Virus record (IMG/VR): IMGVR_UViG_3300020046_006452
Span: 1 to 21,295 of that record
Length of the DNA stretch: 21,295 nucleotides
Direction: 5' to 3' (one strand)
Source of the DNA: a virus
Taxonomy: Duplodnaviria; Heunggongvirae; Uroviricota; Caudoviricetes
Part shown: positions 1-7,247 of the stretch, piece by piece
Numbering within the stretch: the first letter of the stretch is position 1
How the letters are laid out: each line of letters opens with the position of its first letter
Notes under the pieces: model-generated
What the model was told of the DNA's origin: nothing
Seen by the model: the letters and a program-made list of their open reading frames with translations, nothing else
The model's database searches: none
Position numbers and translations under genes: made by a program

Positions 1-214
1 AAGCAGCACGGAAAAACTCCTTACCACCGGTAGATGACATACTAATAGTGAAGCTAGCTTCTGGGTGACCACTCTCTCCCACTTGCTTGAAGTCGTGGTC
101 ATAGTGCATGGTAATGTTGGTATGAGGAGAGGTTGCAAGAGCTTCCTTCTTCTCTTCCAGTGGTCCGCGAGACTCTATTGGACCGCGTTGTTCAAGTAGG
201 TTTTTCAGTTTCAT
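1..214 (-). CDS. Hypothetical protein, 3'-truncated by window edge; possible head-packaged (internal) protein
   Basis: Not in the ORF track. ATG at 214 lies 2 nt after the TAA of the GIY-YIG gene, and the frame stays open to position 1: MKLKNLLEQRGPIESRGPLEEKKEALATSPHTNITMHYDHDFKQVGESGHPEASFTISMSSTGGKEFFRAA. The N-terminus resembles capsid-targeting leaders ending in LxE. Confidence 0.75.
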   Translation of the reverse strand, partial: MKLKNLLEQRGPIESRGPLEEKKEALATSPHTNITMHYDHDFKQVGESGHPEASFTISMSSTGGKEFFRAA

Positions 215-216
215 GG

Positions 217-1053
217 TTAAGCTTGTGTTGCACACTGTTGTTGTAGTAGTTTTACATACTTCAACATTGTTGGATAGGACACACCTAGTCGATTGCAAAG
301 CTCTACCTTAGGTGTATTTAACGATAACAATCGCTCAAGGGTTGGACGAACCTCTATCCAATTTCTCTCAAATCGTGCCCTCTTGGCTTGAGATAATTTC
401 TTCCTGTAATCTACGGAGTTGTATGTAGATGAGGGATTACTCCAATTGGCCTTAGAGGTTGCCGCGGTTTGGGCACGGTAAGCAGGATCCTGTTTCATCT
501 GCTGAAACTTAGCACTAGCCTTAAGGCCCTCACTTATGTGCTTTCGAGTTTGATCGCTCTCTTTTTTTCCTAAGTGAGACTTGCCTCCCAAACTAGCATA
601 GCGTTTTTGTGTATCTGACGGTATCACATTAAAACGATACTGTGCTCCCTGCTCTATTAGATTGGGTATGACAGATTTGCGCATAACATCAAGTCCCACC
701 TCAGAGTATATGTCCTCCCACACCTTGCCCCTCTTCTGCCTATTCACCCTCATAGCCTCCTGATTTAGGCCTCCACTTCCCATGTAAACCATATTGTAGC
801 CCTCTTCCACACATCGGTGTTGCTTCTGGTAAGCAACCTCAAGTTGATCAAGTTCTTCCTTACTGTCAATACCTTCCTGCAACACAGTCCAATCAAAACC
901 CAAAACACCGTACTTAGCGAGGGCTTTATGGAATACAGAGCGAGGGTGCTGCGAGGACTTGTGGTGTTGTTTAATGCGTTGGGCTAACGTCTTGCAGGTT
1001 TGGCCCACATACACCTTCCCATTAAGTTTGTTAGTAGCTTTGTAGATGATCAT
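217..1053 (-). CDS. GIY-YIG homing endonuclease, free-standing, with NUMOD3-like and C-terminal HTH-like DNA-binding segments
   Basis: N-terminal IIYKATNKLNGKVYVGQT (GIY-YIG), catalytic RIKQH, LEVAY and YNM motifs; HLGKKESDQTRKHISE (NUMOD3-like); VELCNRLGVSYPTMLKYV (HTH-like). Confidence 0.92.
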   Translation of the reverse strand: MIIYKATNKLNGKVYVGQTCKTLAQRIKQHHKSSQHPRSVFHKALAKYGVLGFDWTVLQEGIDSKEELDQLEVAYQKQHRCVEEGYNMVYMGSGGLNQEAMRVNRQKRGKVWEDIYSEVGLDVMRKSVIPNLIEQGAQYRFNVIPSDTQKRYASLGGKSHLGKKESDQTRKHISEGLKASAKFQQMKQDPAYRAQTAATSKANWSNPSSTYNSVDYRKKLSQAKRARFERNWIEVRPTLERLLSLNTPKVELCNRLGVSYPTMLKYVKLLQQQCATQA

Positions 1054-1073
1054 CTAACATAGATAGTCTACTA

Positions 1074-2930
1074 CTACTGAAACTTCAAGTAACCAATGAT
1101 CTTATTCATTGGCGCGAACGCTCCGGTGAGCTTAAAAAGCTTATCGTTATACTTAAACACCAAACCCTCAGTAGGAAGAATAGCACTAAAGCCGCCAATA
1201 TCATTCAATCGAGATAATTCTCGCTTGAGAAAGGAAAGGGCCTCTGGAGCGTCTGCTCCTTGAGAGGCTTTAATTTGGGCAATAGCATTCTTCAAGCTGG
1301 TTCCCATATCGCTAACACTCTGGTTGGGGTTGAGTGCTACTAGGCCTTGAATGTTACGTAGAGCGTACACTCCCAGCTTTAGGAATAGATGCTCTAGTGG
1401 CTTTGCAGCCTCCTTGCGAGTAGCCTGGACTCCAGTCTTGTCAAACTGATCAATCCAAGATCGGAAGGCTTCATTGTCCACTTGACTGCGAATGTCCCGT
1501 ATGTTAACCTGCTTGCTATCAAACCCCCAGCGACCAACTAGTTGATTACGCACTGCAGTTGGGATCTTGTATCCTTGCTTCTTGGCTTGCTCAGAAACGA
1601 AGTTAGTCCACCACTTGGCGTAGTACATTTTAACCTTGTCATTCTTCTGCAGCTTACTTTGCTCGCGGATTGAGTTAACCATTGCTAGCAGCTCATCCTT
1701 CTGTTTATCGTAGTCTGCAGACTTGGTTATACTGAGAGGGTTGGTTACCTTAATCTGGTAGGTCTTCTGGTTGTCTGCTTGTACTTGTCTTAGGGCACCA
1801 TCCAACTGCTTAGCTGCTTGTTGATCTTCGTCAGTAACATTACCTTCCTGGTCGTAGGTACGAATGTTATGTAATCGAAGTTGAGTAGTACCATAAGGAA
1901 CCACGTTAGCGGTAGCTGGGTAGAGCACTTCTAGATTAAGGAAGCGCTTACCATTCTGGAAGAACATACTACGTTGTGAGGTAGTTAGTCGATTGATTGC
2001 TGACTCCAGATCCTTCATCGCCTCAGCAAAAGCAGCTTGAATTGGTCCTCTGCCAGCGAACATATCCTCCACCTGCTTTACCGATAGGGAGTTCTCACCA
2101 AAGTTCTTAAGCTGTCCCTTATTACGAGCAGCCACTATGCGACCGTTCCTATACGATACCATCAAATTCTGACCATCCAACTTCTCCTGCACTGATTTGA
2201 TCTCACCACTTAGTACTAGTGTGATCATTGTTTCAACGTCCTGGAAGGTTAAGTCTAGGTCTTCGTACGGATGTACAAGGTGGCCAGCGGCACCTCCTTC
2301 ATTGATACGACCCTTGGAGGGCTTCAGTACATCGTACACCCGTTTGAGTAGACTTGGAGAGGTACCTGGATAACTGGTAACGAACTTGTTGAAGTTTCCA
2401 GCTGCTAAGTCTGCACGTACGGTGGAGGCACTAATTGGCTTACCCTTCAATTGATCGGGCCTATTAGCATATAGCAGAGGCTTAACGTCTAGTGGTAGAT
2501 TAACCACAACTAGACCTGGTTTAGCGTACTTACCGCCCTTAGCATGTCCAGCTGTAAACTTAACAACCCTATCGTAATCTTCCCCTTTGTTGCTCGCTGC
2601 TAACGCATACTTGCCAGGAGGTGCTGTCTCGATGTACTTGTATGAAGCTAGTAGAGGATTATCCTGTTGTACTGCTTCAACACTAACATTACTGACTCCA
2701 GTTAGTAGCAGCTTCCACACTGCCATACTCTGCTCTCTAGTGATACCATCCCTCTCCTTAGGCCCAATCAAGATCCGCACCTCTTGTACTTGGGGGTGGG
2801 ATGCATAGCGCTTAACTAGATCTAAGTGGCCTCCGTGTGGTGGCTTGAATCCACCAGGCATCAATACAACTACCTTATCTGTAGTCTGCTCTAAAAAAGC
2901 CTCAGCTAGGAAGTTGGATAGTAGACTCAT
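1074..2930 (-). CDS. Fusion protein: HxGH (cytidylyltransferase/NMNAT-like) nucleotidyltransferase plus ATP-dependent ligase-like (KxDG) domain
   Basis: N-domain has GGFKPPHGGH (H32-H35) and ISASTVR. C-domain has EKLDGQN (ligase motif I, K250), FLNLEVL (III-like), LRLHNI (IIIa-like), EGLVF (IV, E588) and FKL (V-like). The linker contains RINE|GG at aa 208-213. Confidence 0.8.
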   Translation of the reverse strand: MSLLSNFLAEAFLEQTTDKVVVLMPGGFKPPHGGHLDLVKRYASHPQVQEVRILIGPKERDGITREQSMAVWKLLLTGVSNVSVEAVQQDNPLLASYKYIETAPPGKYALAASNKGEDYDRVVKFTAGHAKGGKYAKPGLVVVNLPLDVKPLLYANRPDQLKGKPISASTVRADLAAGNFNKFVTSYPGTSPSLLKRVYDVLKPSKGRINEGGAAGHLVHPYEDLDLTFQDVETMITLVLSGEIKSVQEKLDGQNLMVSYRNGRIVAARNKGQLKNFGENSLSVKQVEDMFAGRGPIQAAFAEAMKDLESAINRLTTSQRSMFFQNGKRFLNLEVLYPATANVVPYGTTQLRLHNIRTYDQEGNVTDEDQQAAKQLDGALRQVQADNQKTYQIKVTNPLSITKSADYDKQKDELLAMVNSIREQSKLQKNDKVKMYYAKWWTNFVSEQAKKQGYKIPTAVRNQLVGRWGFDSKQVNIRDIRSQVDNEAFRSWIDQFDKTGVQATRKEAAKPLEHLFLKLGVYALRNIQGLVALNPNQSVSDMGTSLKNAIAQIKASQGADAPEALSFLKRELSRLNDIGGFSAILPTEGLVFKYNDKLFKLTGAFAPMNKIIGYLKFQ

Positions 2931-3462
2931 TACCTTTTACATAAGTATGCTGAGCCCTAAGTTGACGCTTCAAATCGATTACATCCTGCTGAAGAGCCTC
3001 AACCTTGGATATCAGATTGATTAGTACTCTGCCCACCGGTATATCTCGTAGGGATGGTATTGATTTGATCTGGATGTCATCTACCACTGCAGTACCATCC
3101 ACGAACAACCTATAGTCCTTATAGTACTTTTCATCAAGTGATTGGCCAATGTAGATCTTCTCCACATTACGATGAGGAATCAGATGGCGTGCTTCAATAT
3201 CCTTAGTGAGGGGGTTGTAGGACATATAGTGCAGAATGAAGTACACCTTATCAGTCCTCATCGCTTGATCGGTGGCGGGAGTTCCAATATGCAATGAGAA
3301 GGGGTTGCCTACGTGGTTTTCCTTAATGTGCTCAATGCTTTCCCCATTCCAACGTTGGTAGACGTTCTTGGTCTCAATTTTACCCATCACCTGCTCGTTG
3401 AACGGCATGTTTAGTATGGGGAATAGAGTTTGACAATTGCGGATGGTGCTGTTGTTAATCAT
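2902..3462 (-). CDS. Hypothetical protein with C-terminal coiled coil, probably virion-associated
   Basis: 186-aa ORF starting 2 nt after the upstream TAG; heptad pattern LINLISKVEALQQDVIDLKRQL; the last 29 nt overlap the next gene. Confidence 0.7.
   Translation of the reverse strand: MINNSTIRNCQTLFPILNMPFNEQVMGKIETKNVYQRWNGESIEHIKENHVGNPFSLHIGTPATDQAMRTDKVYFILHYMSYNPLTKDIEARHLIPHRNVEKIYIGQSLDEKYYKDYRLFVDGTAVVDDIQIKSIPSLRDIPVGRVLINLISKVEALQQDVIDLKRQLRAQHTYVKGNESTIQLPS
2941..2948 (-). promoter_or_regulatory. ATACTTAT motif, putative phage late promoter
   Basis: gcATACTTAT ends 10 nt before the ATG at 2930; the same motif precedes four other starts. Confidence 0.6.
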
Positions 3463-3464
3463 AG

Positions 3465-5009
3465 CTACTTGTTTTGATACACGTTGTAGTATGTGCCTCC
3501 AGCATTTTGTGCAGTTACTGCAGCGATTGACTGAGGTCGCACGAATCGAGGATCGGAGGTCACACCAACCTTACACACCTCCACATCACCAATAACACAA
3601 CCCCAATAAGCATCACCTGATCCTGAGGGTTCAAAGCATAATTGGGCAGGGTGACCATACTGCACTAGTATCAAGTCAAACTGCTCTTCAAGGTAGCCTG
3701 TTTGAGCATCCTGGAAGGATAGTATTGGAGTTGTACCATAACCACTCCCAATTGTGACAATGTTGTTTTGAGGAGGATACCATCCATCTGCCCCAGGTAT
3801 TCGACTAGAGGGTGATGGTGTTCTTGTTTGCACGTCGTGGATGAATACTGTCATGAATGAGTTATCTACAGGGTTAGCTGTAGACATGTCCCATGATCCA
3901 GTATTAAGCTCAGTTGCACTCGTTGCAGGATTGTAGTAGTAGTTGTCTATTGAACCAGAGTAGGAGGCAGAGTCGCTTGACACCCAAGCCTTATTCCACC
4001 TTCTTAGCTTGAACCTAACACTATAGATGCCTCCATTCTCACTGAACATATCAGTAGAGGCAAATCCGGTAAACGATCTCAACCAGTAATCAGTACCTTG
4101 TAAATCTCCACTAGCACTGTAGGTAGTTGGGAAGTAGAGACGCCTACTCCTTAAGGCTCGATCATGTGCTTTGATACCTGACGTGGTTCCATCAGCTTGA
4201 TTTGCTGCTTGATCTGCCAAACTAGCAGAAACTTCCACTTGGGTTATAGCCACTCCATCAACCAAATCAAACACCGCATTGTTGAGTTCATTGAAGCAAT
4301 CCACTTGAGTGGTAGGATTGAGGCCTGCAGCTTGACCCACTAATCCAGTGGTAGGATCAACGTGTATCTTGTAGCAGCTACCGTTGATAGCAAAAGTTGA
4401 TGGACTAGTAATTGAGGATGGATAGGAGGTAGCATACTGAAACGGGACATACTTGGGATCAAATACCTTCCAGCTGCTAGTTACTGGATAAGCACTACCT
4501 GTACCTATTCCATAGCTGCTTCCGTTTGCTGCAAACTGACTGTGGAAACTTTTGGAAGTCCATGTGGGAATCCAAGTAACATAACCACCTTGCTCTACAT
4601 AACTCCACGATGGGGTTAGGCAGTTCCACAAGAAGTCCCCAGCCTGTGACCCCCAAGGCACCGCAGACATTGAGGTAGGTAGGTTGGATTGGTCACGAAA
4701 CATCAGAGAGGATGATGGCCACCTAGTGGTCAAATAGTTGTATCCTGGAATCCTAACCCCTCTTGTTGTTAACTGTATTGGGTCTCCAGGGTAGTTTAGG
4801 AATGAGCTTGAGAACATCCACTCCTTGTTCAGAGACGCACTATAGGATGCTGAGAGAGGCCCGTAAGAGGAACTGTAAGCAGTACCAGCGTTAAACTGCC
4901 CAGTGGTCACCATAGGAACAAAACTAGCTGTATGCCAGTATCGGTCTGGAATGTTGGTCGGATTGATCAACTTGTAGAACTGGCCGAAAGCTTTAGTAAT
5001 AAAGGCCAT
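3465..5009 (-). CDS. Hypothetical Ser/Thr/Gly-rich protein, probable virion structural protein
   Basis: 514-aa ORF, 2 nt from both neighbours, with a beta-rich S/T/G/Y composition like the other structural genes; no catalytic motifs recognised. Confidence 0.7.
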   Translation of the reverse strand: MAFITKAFGQFYKLINPTNIPDRYWHTASFVPMVTTGQFNAGTAYSSSYGPLSASYSASLNKEWMFSSSFLNYPGDPIQLTTRGVRIPGYNYLTTRWPSSSLMFRDQSNLPTSMSAVPWGSQAGDFLWNCLTPSWSYVEQGGYVTWIPTWTSKSFHSQFAANGSSYGIGTGSAYPVTSSWKVFDPKYVPFQYATSYPSSITSPSTFAINGSCYKIHVDPTTGLVGQAAGLNPTTQVDCFNELNNAVFDLVDGVAITQVEVSASLADQAANQADGTTSGIKAHDRALRSRRLYFPTTYSASGDLQGTDYWLRSFTGFASTDMFSENGGIYSVRFKLRRWNKAWVSSDSASYSGSIDNYYYNPATSATELNTGSWDMSTANPVDNSFMTVFIHDVQTRTPSPSSRIPGADGWYPPQNNIVTIGSGYGTTPILSFQDAQTGYLEEQFDLILVQYGHPAQLCFEPSGSGDAYWGCVIGDVEVCKVGVTSDPRFVRPQSIAAVTAQNAGGTYYNVYQNK

Positions 5010-5011
5010 AT

Positions 5012-7231
5012 CTATCGTGCTGTTAGTGCTTGTGATATCACATCCCTCCTAGACACTGCTCCTGTATTCTGAGTTGTATATGAGAAGAAGTTGGTCTCAG
5101 TTTGGCAAGTGTTGGATGGTATCTCTCCTTTAAGGTTAACCATGATGTCATCCAATCGGGTAACATACTCAGACTGCCTACCAGTGTAATCGAAGTACTC
5201 TATCTTGATGTCAATTGACTGGGAGATCACTGAGAAGAATGTCGCTAGCTCAACAGTCAGGGGTACACTGAACTGAATAATACTAGGTGTGTAGCCTGTC
5301 AGCTTGAATGGCTTGATGCTCAGCTCTCCTACGTAAGCTGAGCCACTTATGTTAGGCGTTTCATCTATTACTCGGGATCGAAGTACTGGCCTACCAAACC
5401 CACTACCATCAGTTTCAAAATCAAACACCACCTTGCCATAGTACTTACGGAGTGGTGAGTCGTTGACTACCTTACCGATCAATCTACCAAACGCATCGTA
5501 GGCATTAGTGTTTCGACGTTCCTGGTTTAGCAGGCTTGAAGAAACCCACCTCGTATCCCTCATTGGATCTTGCAGGAATGCTTGTGGATATAGTGAAGGA
5601 GCAATCACATTGTAGTTCAGAGGAGTGCTACTCATATACACTTCCAACTCAGTAAACGGATCGAGTGTTAGATTTAGTCCGAAGGTGTACAGCTGATCTA
5701 GGTCATAGTTCTGATTATACCGAGCCGCAAGAACACACGATTGTGTATGTTGTGCATACAACTCAACCGAGTCAATCAACACTGTATCCGATACGGAACC
5801 TGAAATCAGATCAAAAGAGTCTGGTACCTCCTGGTACACATTCCAGTAGTTATCTAAGGTGGATTGAGAGGTAAAGTACCCAATTAGCTGATAGTCGGAC
5901 TCTAGCTTAGCGTAAGAGGTATCGTTGGGAAATGATGCATCGGTGAGATATTCTACTGGCTTAACTACCTGATCATTGAGTAACTTGAAGTCACCAGTAC
6001 TAGCACCTCGTTTGGTATAACTGCGAATCCTATACACCTCTCCACTGATTGGTTTCAGGTCAGTGAAGGTGAGCTCAAGATACGATTGAGAGACAAATAT
6101 ACTCTCAGCAAAGGTGATATCGGAGGGTGCATAGGTGATACTACCCGAAAAGAAGGATGCCTGCTTATAACGGTGAGTACCCAAATACTGCTGAGGTAGA
6201 AATCTCTGATCGACAGTAATCACCTCCAAAGGTTTACTCAACACTGCCTGCCTATCACTAATCACCTCAACTATGTTGCTGCTGTAATCACGTAGCTGCT
6301 CCTGCACACTACCAGAAACAGTAACATTAGTCATCGCAGGTGGATTGAGACTTTGAGGAGTACTAGCAGAGTCAAAGAACTCAAAGAAGCCACCTAGATG
6401 CTCCTTCTTAAAGAACGAGGAGGAAGCGAGGAGGATGGTATTGAATCGATCGGTATAACTTATCTTGTAGCCTCCTTCAATATCAGAATCTCTCTTCCTC
6501 AGGGCAGTATTGACAGTATTTGAGGTGGTGGCAGATTGGCGAGGATTGATCAGTAGATTTTGCACCCTTACATCTCGAATATCGGGACTGGTGCTAAAGT
6601 CGCGATCATACCCATGGAAGTCAGAGCTGATTAGGGTTAACTGATCAACACTTGAGGTTAGGGTTGTGTATACAAAACCACTAGCAGTTGCTTGGGTTTG
6701 CACTCGGGCTGGTCCATATACTTGTGTGATCCCTACGTGAGGTGGAGTATCGAAGATCAGATCTGCGTTATTCCTCTCAGTGGGAGATATGAAGCACGTT
6801 CTCGTCCATCTAACATCAAATTCTGGGTGGTAGTTTATGTTGGGGTTGAGATTGCGATAGTTAGGATTGACTGGTCTACCCTGCAAATCAATCGCTGCGT
6901 TTCCAACGAGATGGACCTCAGCAATACCATGAGCAGTGATATCGTAAACCTCAACTATGATGTAGTACTGATTAAACCGGTCTATGAAATTACTTACTTC
7001 ACAGAATACATTCTTACCTCCAGCATCCACAATCTCCACGTCAATCACGGAGTTCAGCCTCAAACCCTCACCATTACCCTTAAGCACAATAACTCCCTTA
7101 CCTCCACCTAAAGTAGTAGGAAAGTAAGTGACATCAAAGTACTGCGCAGAGTCCTCACTTGAGTCCTCTATTAAGTACTTAGCCTTTGCGTAGCCCCTAG
7201 GTTGAGGTTGCTTGTATAAGCTGATCTGCAT
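5012..7231 (-). CDS. Hypothetical protein, probable virion structural (tail/baseplate) protein
   Basis: 739-aa ORF preceded by ATATTTAT; beta-rich N-terminus (YFDVTYFPTTLGGGKGVIVLKG...IDVEIVDAGG) and S/T-rich composition; no enzyme motifs. Confidence 0.7.
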   Translation of the reverse strand: MQISLYKQPQPRGYAKAKYLIEDSSEDSAQYFDVTYFPTTLGGGKGVIVLKGNGEGLRLNSVIDVEIVDAGGKNVFCEVSNFIDRFNQYYIIVEVYDITAHGIAEVHLVGNAAIDLQGRPVNPNYRNLNPNINYHPEFDVRWTRTCFISPTERNNADLIFDTPPHVGITQVYGPARVQTQATASGFVYTTLTSSVDQLTLISSDFHGYDRDFSTSPDIRDVRVQNLLINPRQSATTSNTVNTALRKRDSDIEGGYKISYTDRFNTILLASSSFFKKEHLGGFFEFFDSASTPQSLNPPAMTNVTVSGSVQEQLRDYSSNIVEVISDRQAVLSKPLEVITVDQRFLPQQYLGTHRYKQASFFSGSITYAPSDITFAESIFVSQSYLELTFTDLKPISGEVYRIRSYTKRGASTGDFKLLNDQVVKPVEYLTDASFPNDTSYAKLESDYQLIGYFTSQSTLDNYWNVYQEVPDSFDLISGSVSDTVLIDSVELYAQHTQSCVLAARYNQNYDLDQLYTFGLNLTLDPFTELEVYMSSTPLNYNVIAPSLYPQAFLQDPMRDTRWVSSSLLNQERRNTNAYDAFGRLIGKVVNDSPLRKYYGKVVFDFETDGSGFGRPVLRSRVIDETPNISGSAYVGELSIKPFKLTGYTPSIIQFSVPLTVELATFFSVISQSIDIKIEYFDYTGRQSEYVTRLDDIMVNLKGEIPSNTCQTETNFFSYTTQNTGAVSRRDVISQALTAR

Positions 7232-7236
7232 CAGCT

Positions 7237-7244
7237 ATAAATAT
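7237..7244 (-). promoter_or_regulatory. ATATTTAT motif, putative phage late promoter
   Basis: Lies in the 16-nt gap after the Mre11-Rad50 stop and ends 5 nt before the ATG at 7231. Confidence 0.6.
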
Positions 7245-7247
7245 CAC

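Noticed and set aside
2902-3462. Peptidase S74 intramolecular chaperone call
   Set aside because: Only the terminal coiled coil resembles it; the SDxRxK motif is missing.
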